Virus record (IMG/VR): IMGVR_UViG_3300002835_000135
Length of the DNA: 64,000 bases
Direction: 5' to 3' (one strand)
Source of the DNA: an uncultured virus (IMG/VR IMGVR_UViG_3300002835_000135)
Lineage: Duplodnaviria > Heunggongvirae > Uroviricota > Caudoviricetes
This document shows, in pieces, positions 26,086 to 36,679 of this stretch (position 1 is the stretch's first letter; the number at the start of each line of letters is the position of its first letter). A program made the position numbers and the translations under genes. The notes under the pieces are model-generated. The model searched no databases. It was not told where the DNA came from and saw nothing but the letters and a program-made list of their open reading frames with translations.

Positions 26086-26885
26086 TTGGCCGCCTATGGT
26101 CAACAAAATAAACCATGAAAGTGGGATAAAGTGGTCTGGTTTGGTTAAATCAGATTGCGGTTTCAGCAATGGAACTTGAGTAGGCAAACAGAATATCATT
26201 GAACCTTAATTACTGAGGGTAACACTGTAGGGAAAGTGGTTCGATGATCAAGCAATCCGAGTTGTTTGGTTGAGGTGGGAACACCAATAAGAATAATCTG
26301 TAGAGTTATTACAAGAAGTAGGATTTCCAATCTTACAATTGTGTGATTCAATATGATGGGAATCTTAAAACCGAAAGGTATGGTGAAGTACGAGTGGTGT
26401 CGTTATCATCCTTAATTAAACTCTACCAAGGGTTTAGTTTTGAAGGGGTCCAAAAATATGGTAGCAGGGATGTTACAGAGAGTAGTTTAGTATCGGGTCG
26501 TTCAAAAGATGACTTGGCTGGCAGATGGGCCGCTACTTTCCAAATTCGGAACCAACTCAATTGTTAATTCAGGTTTAACAACTTAAAAAACAAGGAAAAG
26601 TGCCCATCAGTCGTTGGAGACAGGTGACTACACAGTCGAGAGGGGTTCTCGGCCATGAAGGGTCCCAAGCCCAACATGATTTTTAAGAAAGTTCTCTAAT
26701 CCCGCAAGGATGCGTTGGGGTGGCAACCTCGAAGAGTAATGAGTATTAAAAGAGTATTCGACGACTAAAGGATTGGTTAATCTAATTGACCGTCACTGAT
26801 TGGTACTACTCAAAAGGTAGTGGATAAGAGAAGAAAAGATAATGTCTCTAAAGTCAATCGCTAAATGGTGTAATCTCAGCCCTTT
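26086..26885 (+). ncRNA. Large structured ncRNA, probably GOLLD
   Basis: ~800 nt without a credible ORF, many GNRA-capped hairpins, tRNA-array context; 3' end ...GTAATCTCAG recalled from GOLLD RNAs. Confidence 0.7.
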
Positions 26886-26967
26886 TTAAAAACATTGTTT
26901 CCTGGTTTTGAAAAATCATGGTGGTGGAATCTCGGAAAAATTTTATTGAAAAACCAACGAGCCCCTT

Positions 26968-26995
26968 AGTCAGAAGAAATTCTGACTTTTTTTTT
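26968..26995 (+). terminator. Intrinsic terminator after the large ncRNA
   Basis: AGTCAGAA-gaaa-TTCTGACT + T run. Confidence 0.75.
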
Positions 26996-27027
26996 GTTTT
27001 TATAATAAATTTATTTATATTAGTTGA

Positions 27028-27780
27028 ATGAGAATAGTTTGTATATCTGACACACATAGTTTACATAAACTAATGGAACATGAGTTACCTAAAGGTGATG
27101 TATTAATCCATTCTGGCGATATTTCCAATAAAGGTGGTGAGGTTGATGTTACAAATTTTATATATTGGTTTCAAAACATACAAGGATTTGATGCTAAAAT
27201 ATTCATCGCCGGTAATCATGACTTTTGTTTTGAGAGAGTTAATCAACCACACCATAAAGGTGACTACAATTGGTTAAACAATCTAATGGCTCCTGAAAAT
27301 CTAGCACAATCTGATGTATATTATTTAGAGGATAATTTTATGATAATTGAACGTCCAGAGTTTTCTCGTCCAATTAAAATTTATGGATCTCCTTGGCAAC
27401 CTAACTTTTATGATTGGGCTTTTAACCTACCAAGAATGGGTGAGGAAATGAAAAGCAAATGGGATATGATTCCTGACGATACTGACGTTTTAATAACACA
27501 TGGACCGCCACATGAAATTAGAGATTTTGTGAGTAATTGGAGACAAGGAGATATGAATGTGGGCTGTGAATTATTAAGACATCAATTAGATGATAGAATT
27601 AAACCATCATTACACGTATTTGGACATATTCACGGAGCATACGGTGCTATGTATAATAAAGAAACTCTTTATGTAAATGCATCCACATGTACTGAACAAT
27701 ATAACCCGTCAAATAAACCAATCATTGTAGATTTAAACGAATACGATGGCCAAATTGTTGCAACCTATGTCGAAGAATAA
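27028..27780 (+). CDS. Calcineurin-like metallophosphoesterase (MPPED/239FB-like)
   Basis: SDTH, HSGD, AGNHD, THGPP, FGHIH. Confidence 0.9.
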   Translation: MRIVCISDTHSLHKLMEHELPKGDVLIHSGDISNKGGEVDVTNFIYWFQNIQGFDAKIFIAGNHDFCFERVNQPHHKGDYNWLNNLMAPENLAQSDVYYLEDNFMIIERPEFSRPIKIYGSPWQPNFYDWAFNLPRMGEEMKSKWDMIPDDTDVLITHGPPHEIRDFVSNWRQGDMNVGCELLRHQLDDRIKPSLHVFGHIHGAYGAMYNKETLYVNASTCTEQYNPSNKPIIVDLNEYDGQIVATYVEE

Positions 27781-28450
27781 TTACCCAGTAAGTGTTGTTA
27801 TATCAACAAGAAAAATTGATGATGAATATCTTAAACATGTTAGTAAGATGTTTTCACATCCAAAAACAGAAATCTTGGTTTATGAAAATGAAGGTGAATA
27901 TTCTTTACCTCAACTTTATAACGTTGGTTTAAGGGATTCTCAATATGATGATGTTGTTTTTATGCATGATGATTTAACAATTGAAACGGTTAATGTCACA
28001 AAAAAAATAACTAGGTTATTTGATAATAACCCTGAATTTGGAATCATTGGAATTGCTGGTACTAATAACTTAATTAGCGGTATGTGGTGGCAAGACAGAG
28101 CATCTATGTTCGGACAAGTAAAACACGAACATTTAGGTAAAATACATAGGAACAGTTATTCTGGATTATTAGGCGAAGATTTGAAAAAAGTGGTGATTGT
28201 TGATGGTTTGTTTTTCGCAGTTCGCAAATCGCGAATCGCGAACGGGTTTGATGAGGGTTTTCCAGGGTTTCACTTTTACGACATCCCATTCTGTGTGTCA
28301 AACTATTTGGCCGGTGTTAAAATAGGTGTAACGACTAAAATAACAGTTGTTCATAAATCAATTGGAATGGTAAATGAACAATGGAAACAAAATAAAGAAT
28401 TATTTGAAACTAAATTTGGGGCACATCTACCACTGGTAGCAATCCCCTGA
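27767..28450 (+). CDS. GT-A glycosyltransferase (GT2-like)
   Basis: YN.G, FMHDD, VDGLF, FDE.F.GFHFYD. Confidence 0.8.
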   Translation: MSKNNYPVSVVISTRKIDDEYLKHVSKMFSHPKTEILVYENEGEYSLPQLYNVGLRDSQYDDVVFMHDDLTIETVNVTKKITRLFDNNPEFGIIGIAGTNNLISGMWWQDRASMFGQVKHEHLGKIHRNSYSGLLGEDLKKVVIVDGLFFAVRKSRIANGFDEGFPGFHFYDIPFCVSNYLAGVKIGVTTKITVVHKSIGMVNEQWKQNKELFETKFGAHLPLVAIP

Positions 28451-28490
28451 TTTTCATAAAAATGCAAATATTTATATAAAAACGACTATC

Positions 28491-28685
28491 ATGAAAAAAA
28501 TTTTTGATCTTATTAAACAACTTTTAAGCGGTGGTAATGCGGCTCAAAAAGCAGTACAAATGAAACAATTAGAAGTTGAAGTGAAACAAGAAGTTGAAGC
28601 AGTAAAAGAAGTTGTTGCTGAAGTTAAATCTAAAGTTAAAAAAGCAACTACAAAGAAATCTGCAACAAAGAAACCAACAAAATAA
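28491..28685 (+). CDS. Small Lys-rich protein
   Basis: 64-aa ORF after TATTTATA. Confidence 0.55.
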   Translation: MKKIFDLIKQLLSGGNAAQKAVQMKQLEVEVKQEVEAVKEVVAEVKSKVKKATTKKSATKKPTK

Positions 28686-28765
28686 GAACAAACTTATTCT
28701 TTTATGTTAAAAGTGGGATTTTCTCACTTTTTTTGTCTAAATTTGTTTTAAGTTCTTTATCATAT

Positions 28766-29176
28766 GGGGGTGCCTGGCATTGATTTCAGGTATCGGGAAT
28801 AAATGGCACGTAGTCAGAATTCATCTATGACTTAAATCTACGGTGAAACAATTCAAACGGCAACGTTTACAACAACATGGAAATTGCAGGTTTACTTGCA
28901 ACTTCCAAAGTAGCTGCCTAACCAAGTTAGGTACTACAATCGGGTCGACGAGCATGTAACCTAGGAACAGAAGCTCTTAAGGTGTGATTTCTACCCAAAA
29001 AGAAATAAACGGTCTTGTTCAGAGGGCTACCGTAACAAAAGTGAACTCGACACAGTTGTTGGTAACGATGTCAAAATAGGAACCAAATATTTGTCAGTTG
29101 TGAACTAATTGAATAAACGTGTAGTCATTTATTGTTGAGCAGGAAAGACACGGGTTCGAGTCCCGTCACCTCCACC
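28766..29176 (+). ncRNA. ssrA: tmRNA; predicted tag (A)GNVYNNMEIAGLLATSKVAA
   Basis: GGGGGTG/CACCTCC-A acceptor with G3:U, T arm GGGTTCGAGTCCC, internal ORF 28859-28921 ending AA-stop. Confidence 0.92.
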
Positions 29177-29178
29177 TT

Positions 29179-29204
29179 AACCCATCTTCGGATGGGTTTT
29201 TTTT
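29179..29204 (+). terminator. Intrinsic terminator after tmRNA
   Basis: AACCCATC-ttcg-GATGGGTT + T run. Confidence 0.85.
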
Positions 29205-29330
29205 GGTACCTATATAAACGAGCAAAGAGGCCTTTAGAGCCCCTTTGTCGAGATTTAAATACCTCCTTTTCGTTTTGTAATCATTATCGTTTAATGGCGA
29301 CCAAACCATCAAACTCTATTAATAAATATC

Positions 29331-30311
29331 TTATTTAATCAGTTTATTCAAACCCTTCTTGATATTTTTTCTAATTTTTTCTTCACTTAATTGTAAATCA
29401 AAGTATTGTACTCTATTTCTTTCGCTACATTTCCATTGACCTATTTTATAATCACCGTTAGAAATGAATGTACCATTTTTTCTAAGATACATTTCACAAC
29501 TAAATGGTCCTTGTAAATCTAAGTCACAATCTTCAAACTTGAAAACACACGCTTCTTTTTTAATTTCATATCCTTTTTCGGTATTCTTAGCTAAAAAATC
29601 ATCGGCACCTGCTTGATCCTTAAAATATGTTACAGGAATATCTTTTTTATCCGTTATGATGTATATATTTTTTTGTTGTGTTCTTTGTACACATGCTGGC
29701 CATCCACTTATAGATCCTGTAATTTGTGAACCACTAGATGAACCACTAGATGCTTGAGGATTAATTGCTGGAACTGATGAACTACTGCTACCGCCACTAG
29801 TACTTGCGGTAACGCCAATCTTAGTAGCTTTCACTGATTGACCGCCAACTTCCGCAGTAAGGCCAATAACTTTACCAGATGAATCTCTTAAAAATTCGCA
29901 TCTTCCAGTTTGTCCAAATCCAGCAACATCAAAAAGATCTTTGCTGGTTTTTGTAAATTTAAATGATATTCCTTGAATATTGGCTTTTAAACCCGCTCCG
30001 TCTATTTTTATTTCAGATTCTTCCCCATTTTCTGATTTATACTTTCCAACATAATCGTTTAAATCGGTACTTACAGGTGCTGGGTTGGTAGTGGTGTTGG
30101 TGTTGGTATTGGTGTTGGTATTGGTTACAACTTTTGCTTTAGCTAAATAAACAATATTTGCCCCCGAACCAACTGTTTCATAATCAAATTTAGTTGGTTC
30201 AGAATTATATTTTCTAGTGGTAATTACCTCATAACCATTAGTTTTCAAATTTTCTAATTTAGATTTATCCCTAGTTGAAAGTTGTTCTAATATTAAGTTC
30301 TTGATTTTCAT
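29331..30311 (-). CDS. Hypothetical (probable virion) protein
   Basis: MKIKNLILEQ start; Thr/Asn and Ser-rich linkers. Confidence 0.6.
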   Translation of the reverse strand: MKIKNLILEQLSTRDKSKLENLKTNGYEVITTRKYNSEPTKFDYETVGSGANIVYLAKAKVVTNTNTNTNTNTTTNPAPVSTDLNDYVGKYKSENGEESEIKIDGAGLKANIQGISFKFTKTSKDLFDVAGFGQTGRCEFLRDSSGKVIGLTAEVGGQSVKATKIGVTASTSGGSSSSSVPAINPQASSGSSSGSQITGSISGWPACVQRTQQKNIYIITDKKDIPVTYFKDQAGADDFLAKNTEKGYEIKKEACVFKFEDCDLDLQGPFSCEMYLRKNGTFISNGDYKIGQWKCSERNRVQYFDLQLSEEKIRKNIKKGLNKLIK

Positions 30312-30315
30312 GTTA

Positions 30316-32223
30316 TTATTCTTTTCCATTTGATGTTATAGCTATTTCCCCACTAACTAATTTTGCGATGAATTTATAACCATCTTTGTCAATGCCGTCG
30401 TAACTATCCTTGTTATCTTCATTTGGTGTAAATCTTATAGGGGCAACATAGCCATGAGTACTACTAACCGCTTTTGCCTCAACTTCTGCCCTAGTCATCG
30501 TTGTTTTTACTACTGGTGCAGGCGCGGGTGCTGGTGTATTACCACCTGCGTTAGCATTGGCGTCTACAGCATCTGGTGGAATTGGTTGTCCTTTTTTCAT
30601 TGCAACCAATTGCTTATCTTTTATTCTTAAAGCATAATCACCAATGTTAACATCATCAATAAAAACAGTTCTTGAGTATTCCGCATATTTAGTATTTTGA
30701 GTAGCAATTTCCGCAACTCTTACTGTTGAAGTTGTTTTAATACCTAAGAGTTTTCTAACCTCATCTGTTGAAGGTTTTCTATATTCATTTAATAAAAAAT
30801 CACTACTAATATCAAACCCAACAAATATATGACCAATACCCGGTAAAATTGTTTTAATTAATGCTTTTGTTGGATGTAATAAATTTGCCGCTTTTTCCAT
30901 ATCACCATTTCCTGGTATATTGTCCCATCCAATATTTTCTTTATCATATAGGAGTTTCTTTGTTATTACGGCACCTTCGATAATAGCAGAAATACCAACA
31001 GCTTTTATATAATTGTAAAAAAATTGTTTTGGACCTGGATACACACCTGTTGATGGCACCTTACCAGTAAAATAATTTTCCCAGAACGCCACCGTATTCA
31101 TTCTAAACTTAGCCCCAAGTTCAGTTTTTGCTAACGCTTTTTGTACAAACTTAGCTTGTGCACTTGGGTTTGTTCCAATATTATTCCACATTTTTTCAAC
31201 TTTAGCAATAGCTGCTGGATCATTAAATGCCGCATCAATTTTTTTAGTTTCATCAGTAATTGCCTTATTATAGGTATTAACGAAATCCGCTTGAATCTCT
31301 CTAATCACAGCATCTTTTTTCTTCGCCGATAAAGACCTAAACAATCTAGATTCGTTTGCAACATTTTCTATAGATTGGGAAAAGGCCTTAGCAAGTTCTG
31401 GTTCAGGTTCAAGAGATTTTGTTAATGCATCATAATCAATGTCATCAATAATTTTCTCAACTTCAATATCTGGTACATCATTTGTGTTATAATCACTAAA
31501 ATCAAATTTAATATCATCCGGATTTGGTGCCTCTGAACCGTTAATATTAATTGGTTCGTCGGGGTTGAAAAAAGGTTCAGGTTCTGGCGTATTTGTGTCA
31601 TCAACCTTTGGTCCGTTAACATCGATATCATCAAAAGCGTTATCAACTTTTTTCATTTCAGTACTTTTCTTAACATACTGAACAGCTTCGTTATCTTTAC
31701 CAAATCTCAATTCTAATTGAGCAATCAAATCATCAGCCGCTTTTCTAACATCCGGAATAGTAAAATCTGCGCTAAGTAAGTTTTCAATCGTTTCACTTAC
31801 ACTAACACCATTGGATAAATTACCTAATCTATCAAAATAATCTACCACCGATTCTTTAGCCAAATCAGCTAAATCAGGATCTGTGAATACTTTTTTTCTA
31901 AATGCTTTAACAATGGATTTCTCAACATCGGTAGGTATTTTACGTGTTGCGGTACCAGCTTCGTCAAATAAATTCTTTTCTAACGTCTCAATTGAATTAA
32001 TTCCAAGTTTTTGTAAACGCTTCATAATTTGAGGTGCGTTTCCACCAAGCATGTCGCTTAACTTTGTTTCAGGCGCATTCCCAACAATCCACTTAATAAC
32101 ACGGTTAAGAAATGGTATTCTTTCCGCAGCTTCATTTAAAACAACAGGTTTTAATCCCATTAATTCTCTTTGTCTTCTAATTTCTGAAATTACCCTTGTT
32201 TCAATTATTAATCCTTTTTTCAT
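30316..32223 (-). CDS. Large hypothetical (probable virion/ejection) protein
   Basis: 635 aa; ISEIRRQRELMGL..LNE N-terminal motif. Confidence 0.6.
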   Translation of the reverse strand: MKKGLIIETRVISEIRRQRELMGLKPVVLNEAAERIPFLNRVIKWIVGNAPETKLSDMLGGNAPQIMKRLQKLGINSIETLEKNLFDEAGTATRKIPTDVEKSIVKAFRKKVFTDPDLADLAKESVVDYFDRLGNLSNGVSVSETIENLLSADFTIPDVRKAADDLIAQLELRFGKDNEAVQYVKKSTEMKKVDNAFDDIDVNGPKVDDTNTPEPEPFFNPDEPININGSEAPNPDDIKFDFSDYNTNDVPDIEVEKIIDDIDYDALTKSLEPEPELAKAFSQSIENVANESRLFRSLSAKKKDAVIREIQADFVNTYNKAITDETKKIDAAFNDPAAIAKVEKMWNNIGTNPSAQAKFVQKALAKTELGAKFRMNTVAFWENYFTGKVPSTGVYPGPKQFFYNYIKAVGISAIIEGAVITKKLLYDKENIGWDNIPGNGDMEKAANLLHPTKALIKTILPGIGHIFVGFDISSDFLLNEYRKPSTDEVRKLLGIKTTSTVRVAEIATQNTKYAEYSRTVFIDDVNIGDYALRIKDKQLVAMKKGQPIPPDAVDANANAGGNTPAPAPAPVVKTTMTRAEVEAKAVSSTHGYVAPIRFTPNEDNKDSYDGIDKDGYKFIAKLVSGEIAITSNGKE

Positions 32224-32250
32224 TGTAATTTTTATTTTATAAATATTTCG

Positions 32251-34509
32251 TTATTCTTTATTATCTATATTTTGTGATGGTGTTTGTTTATTTGTGCTCG
32301 GGTTTGCTTTATTCTTTTTGAAAATGTCATTATATGTTGCAACTTTTTTAGCCAATTCAGTATCATTTACAATCTCTTTTTTAACATCTTCTGTGGTTTT
32401 TGCGTTAATTTCCCTAGCGTGGTCATCAATTGATTCAACAATCGTATTAGTTGCTTCCTCAAATGTTTTCTTATTTTTAAGGTCATTTTTCAATTGAACA
32501 TCATCAAAAACAGCATTAGCTACCGCAATTTGTTTAACTTTAGTTTCCTCGTCTGTTTTACCTTTTATACTTTGTAAGTGCGCCTCAACCATTTTTCTAC
32601 TTTTGTCTAACGATTCTGCGTCCCACTCAATCATTGGTGTACTATCAACAATAAAACCTGTAAGTGTATTTGCAATTTGTGCGGCCGCCGGCACACCAAA
32701 CTCTAACCCCAATTCTTTTAAGAATGGTTTACCCCAAGTTTTAAATGATGTTTTAGCGATTTCGATACCTTCTTTAGCGGCAACAGCGTTTATATCCTTT
32801 AATATTAAATCAAAACCTTTTTGTATTTCTTCTTTAGGTAAAGACATAACGTTTCTAAAAATGTATCGTTCTTCTTCACTTAATAACGCAATAAAATTAC
32901 TTAAACTTTGTTTATCGGTCAATAAACCACTGGTATTACGTATTTTGGTAGCTAATTTTACAGCAGATTCTTGACTAATTTTACCTACGTTAAAACCATA
33001 CTTAGCAACTGGTAAAAACGCACATATAAACGATATTAATGCTTCAGAATCTTGCCCTCTATTTGCCTGATATGCGCCCACCAATGCGTTAAATGTCGCG
33101 TCAGCTACGGTTGGCGCTAATGCTCTAACAGCGCCTGCTGCTACACCTCTAAATATACCTGCAATACCACCACTAGCAACAACCAATCCAATATTTACAA
33201 CAATTTGAACTAATGTACCCCATTTATCCCACCACTCATCAAATGCTTTACCCAATACACTAGGTTTCCAATAATCGTAACCCCAAGTTGTTCTTAGTAG
33301 TTCATACTCTTGATTCCTTTTGGTTGTTAATTGATTTAGCTGTTCGCTTACTTCATCGTAATTAGCATCATATAATGGCATACCAGATAAATCATAACTA
33401 ACCATATTAGCTAATCTATCTTGCAACGCTCCAATTTGAGGGTCATATTTTTGGTCAAATTTAGCTTTCATTTTCATGAACGCCTCTCTTGATGCTGGAT
33501 CAATACCATAACTAAATTCAGGAACACCGCCCTCACCTAATGGGCTCATATATTGAGCATCCAATTGTGCCAACTGTTTATTTACCAATAATGCTGGGTT
33601 ATCTTGATTTTCGCTCTTGAGAATACGGTCTTTTTTATAAAGATATTCATCATATAAATTTGGATTCATTCCCTTAGGAACTTCCTTACCTGAGTACGAC
33701 ATTCTATCGAAATAACGTTTTACCTCATCCTCTTTCGTGTATTTTGTTTTTACAAAATCATCATATTCACCAGAAATTTTACTTCTAGTTATACCCATAA
33801 ACGATTCTGGTTCACCAAGAGGTGACCCGGACTCATTTTTTTGTGGATAATTAAGATATGCGTATTTTGGTATCCATTGATAATTTTCAGGGCTACTACT
33901 TTCAACACTAGTACCACCTAAATTATTACTTACCATCTTAGCATTTAAATCTCTCAATGAAAGGATTGAATGATATGTTTTGTTTGTTTTTAAATCTATT
34001 ATATATTGAATGGTATCATCTGGGAACACTTTTCTTAAGTAACCCTCAAGTGGGGCTTCTCTCTCGTATGTTTTACCACCTCTAGTTACTTCCCATTTAC
34101 CATTCGCATTTAAACCACCAAAAGCATCTATTCTACTAATCACAGGTGACCATAATGCAACTTTAAAATTTTCATTTGGAATTTCAATAGATTCGCCCCA
34201 GAATGTTTTGTATGTGGTATTACCGACTTTAGTACCAATAGGCGGTGCTGATTGCTCAGATAATGGGTTTGCTTTACCTCTTTTTAAGGTTGAACCAACA
34301 ATGTCTGACCATTTGGTCACACCAATTTGATTAGCTGGTCCTCTAGTTACTCCGCTTTCCCATTTTGTTGCGCCAGTTTTCTTTTCACCATCACCACTAG
34401 TACCAGTTTCTGGGGCACCAGTTCCTGGCTCATCCTCCATAAGTTCTTGGTTTTTTGCTAGTTTGGTGATAAGACCTTCTAACTGACTTTGCTTTAATAA
34501 TAACCGCAT
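32251..34509 (-). CDS. Large hypothetical (probable virion/ejection) protein with Gly/Ala-rich hydrophobic region
   Basis: 752 aa; LKQSQLEGLI N-terminal motif. Confidence 0.6.
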   Translation of the reverse strand: MRLLLKQSQLEGLITKLAKNQELMEDEPGTGAPETGTSGDGEKKTGATKWESGVTRGPANQIGVTKWSDIVGSTLKRGKANPLSEQSAPPIGTKVGNTTYKTFWGESIEIPNENFKVALWSPVISRIDAFGGLNANGKWEVTRGGKTYEREAPLEGYLRKVFPDDTIQYIIDLKTNKTYHSILSLRDLNAKMVSNNLGGTSVESSSPENYQWIPKYAYLNYPQKNESGSPLGEPESFMGITRSKISGEYDDFVKTKYTKEDEVKRYFDRMSYSGKEVPKGMNPNLYDEYLYKKDRILKSENQDNPALLVNKQLAQLDAQYMSPLGEGGVPEFSYGIDPASREAFMKMKAKFDQKYDPQIGALQDRLANMVSYDLSGMPLYDANYDEVSEQLNQLTTKRNQEYELLRTTWGYDYWKPSVLGKAFDEWWDKWGTLVQIVVNIGLVVASGGIAGIFRGVAAGAVRALAPTVADATFNALVGAYQANRGQDSEALISFICAFLPVAKYGFNVGKISQESAVKLATKIRNTSGLLTDKQSLSNFIALLSEEERYIFRNVMSLPKEEIQKGFDLILKDINAVAAKEGIEIAKTSFKTWGKPFLKELGLEFGVPAAAQIANTLTGFIVDSTPMIEWDAESLDKSRKMVEAHLQSIKGKTDEETKVKQIAVANAVFDDVQLKNDLKNKKTFEEATNTIVESIDDHAREINAKTTEDVKKEIVNDTELAKKVATYNDIFKKNKANPSTNKQTPSQNIDNKE

Positions 34510-34593
34510 AATAGATAAATATCAAAAAGTTTTGGTTTCTTTACCCGATAACAAGAAAATATCCCATTTTTATGGGACATTTTAAAGTGTAAA

Positions 34594-34962
34594 TTACTCG
34601 TCGTAGATTGTTTCGTCTAATTTTGAAAACATCTTGATAAATTGACCGGCTTTAGCATTCGCCTCATCTTCAATCTCACCACCGATATCTGGTGGTTTCA
34701 CTTTTAATCGACCCTGCTCATATTGTTTATGATGTACCAACTCGTGAGCGATACTTCTCATAACGTCAACTAACAACCTGTTTTTAGCTGTTACTTTAAT
34801 AACCTTAACCTCTAAGTTATAATTGTAATTTGCAGTCGTTTTAAGCCCATTACGATTGTTTTGAATAACAATCTTGGGTACTTGATCTAATTCAAGTTCA
34901 TCTTTAACAAATTTAACGAATTTGTTAAGTTTTTCCTTCTGTTCGTCTGTTAAAAAACTCAT
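34594..34962 (-). CDS. HExxH zinc metallopeptidase-like protein
   Basis: SIAHELVH...EDEANAKAG. Confidence 0.7.
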   Translation of the reverse strand: MSFLTDEQKEKLNKFVKFVKDELELDQVPKIVIQNNRNGLKTTANYNYNLEVKVIKVTAKNRLLVDVMRSIAHELVHHKQYEQGRLKVKPPDIGGEIEDEANAKAGQFIKMFSKLDETIYDE

Positions 34963-34973
34963 ATTAATAAATA

Positions 34974-35222
34974 TCACAAACTTTGTTCTTCGGGTAAATC
35001 ATTATCCTTCAAGTATTCAACAAGTATTTCTAATGTAAATTCCTCGTCAATTGTGTATAAATCATCCTCAGTTATTATTGTCGGAGAGTAGAATTCAATC
35101 TCCTCAATTGAGAGCCAAAGCCCGCGATAGTATTCATCACCGTCCTCATCAGTTGAAAATTCAACATATAAAGTCCTAGTATTCTCGTTAAAATTTAAGT
35201 TTCGTATTATCATTTTAAACAT
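34974..35222 (-). CDS. Acidic hypothetical protein
   Basis: 82-aa ORF. Confidence 0.55.
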   Translation of the reverse strand: MFKMIIRNLNFNENTRTLYVEFSTDEDGDEYYRGLWLSIEEIEFYSPTIITEDDLYTIDEEFTLEILVEYLKDNDLPEEQSL

Positions 35223-35318
35223 TTATAAGTATTATAATATTTTTCAAAAAACTAATTATTTTTTAATAAAAACAGGTTATTTATGGATAAAATAAAGAAC
35301 ATTTTTTATTTTATAGTT

Positions 35319-35648
35319 ATGTTAGATTGGTATACCATAAAGTATTTGTATCCATCCGCCTTTACTAGGTTTAGTGAAGTGATGTTCCCAAATATTGGAG
35401 TTGAGAGTGTTTCCACATTGGAATTGTATGATATTAAAAAGTTGTACCATTTCTTTGACAAAGAAGGTATTTTCCTAATCATAGAAATGTATTCAAAAAG
35501 TAACTGGGATTATTGTATCTCGTTAAGTAATGGTTTTAGTTTTGGACCATCCAAAGAAACTAAAAGAACCAGAGAAGAAATTGAATCGGATGGTTTTATT
35601 GAATGTTTTAGATTTTTAGATAAAAAAATCGGTGAGGTTGTTGTTTAG
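35319..35648 (+). CDS. Hypothetical protein
   Basis: ORF; start moved to MLDWY. Confidence 0.55.
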   Translation: MLDWYTIKYLYPSAFTRFSEVMFPNIGVESVSTLELYDIKKLYHFFDKEGIFLIIEMYSKSNWDYCISLSNGFSFGPSKETKRTREEIESDGFIECFRFLDKKIGEVVV

Positions 35649-35659
35649 TATTTATTAGT

Positions 35660-35950
35660 ATGTCTATTTCTTTTTTATTGCAAGCTACAAGAATTTTACA
35701 TAAAGGAAACTATGATGACAATGAGGTACACATGATATATGATTATCTCAAAAGCATTGACAATGAGACCTTATATGAGTATTATTGTACTTGTAGCGTT
35801 TTAAGTTACGACAATGATTTAGAACTTTTCATTGAAATACTTGGTACAGCAATTAAGGTATTAGAGGAAAAAGAAGAATATGAAAAATGCCAAGCATTAC
35901 AATTTAAAAAACTGGAATGTGAAGGAATAAAAAAACAAAAAACATTTTAA
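35660..35950 (+). CDS. Hypothetical protein with UVR-like EEYEKC motif
   Basis: 96-aa ORF. Confidence 0.55.
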   Translation: MSISFLLQATRILHKGNYDDNEVHMIYDYLKSIDNETLYEYYCTCSVLSYDNDLELFIEILGTAIKVLEEKEEYEKCQALQFKKLECEGIKKQKTF

Positions 35951-35951
35951 A

Positions 35952-36104
35952 ATGAACTCAATTTTTAGCATGTCTGAAGAAGACAAAAAAAGAATCCTCG
36001 ATAAACATAAAGAGGCAACAAAAGGTCACTACATCAAAAAAGATGAAACCAAGAAAGGTTTACAAAAACCAGAAGAAAAGTTAACGAAAAAGAAAAAGAA
36101 ATAA
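35952..36104 (+). CDS. 50-aa protein with SEEDKKRILDKH motif (not in the ORF track)
   Basis: Motif resembles TEEEKTRMRKLH of 59036..59734. Confidence 0.5.
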   Translation: MNSIFSMSEEDKKRILDKHKEATKGHYIKKDETKKGLQKPEEKLTKKKKK

Positions 36105-36117
36105 AAAAAACCCCAAA

Positions 36118-36360
36118 TTATGGGGTTTCTTTTTTATTTAAGTACTTGGTAAGTAATATATAAGAACACCAAAAACAAGCGGAAATTGAATAAAAAACGA
36201 TATCGGCAACCCAATACGAACCACTCAAATCCATTATTAATTTGAATAAGGCGTCGTACCCAAATGGGAGAAAGAACATCGCTAACATTAGAGACGTATC
36301 TTTGTAGAAAGTTATTCTTTTGTTTTTCTCTCTTAGAGATTTTATTTTTTTTATCACCAT
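36118..36360 (-). CDS. Small two-TM membrane protein
   Basis: Two hydrophobic helices. Confidence 0.55.
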   Translation of the reverse strand: MVIKKIKSLREKNKRITFYKDTSLMLAMFFLPFGYDALFKLIMDLSGSYWVADIVFYSISACFWCSYILLTKYLNKKETP

Positions 36361-36406
36361 CAGGGTCCATCTATGTCGCGTTTATCTGTTTATGTTTTTA
36401 AAATGG

Positions 36407-36646
36407 TTATTCAACCACTTCAGCAACTTCGTGAACCTGGAAGAAATCATATGCAACATCGTTGTGATGAAACCTTAAAGCCATATAATGCTCGTTAGTT
36501 TCTTCATTATCAAACATATCCCAAGTAAAATTCGTGGTTATATATGTATGAGCTTCATCTCTTGTTGCAAATGTTTGATCAATTGTTTCTTTGGTTAAAC
36601 CGCTTTCTTCTGAAGCGTTAATACCGATTACTTTAAATTGTGCCAT
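36407..36646 (-). CDS. Hypothetical protein
   Basis: 79-aa ORF after TATTTATA. Confidence 0.6.
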   Translation of the reverse strand: MAQFKVIGINASEESGLTKETIDQTFATRDEAHTYITTNFTWDMFDNEETNEHYMALRFHHNDVAYDFFQVHEVAEVVE

Positions 36647-36679
36647 AGTTTTTTTTTACATATAAATATCACGATATTT

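Noticed and set aside
36134..36370. 78-aa ORF as the real gene
   Set aside because: The overlapping frame 36118..36360 gives a more coherent two-TM protein.
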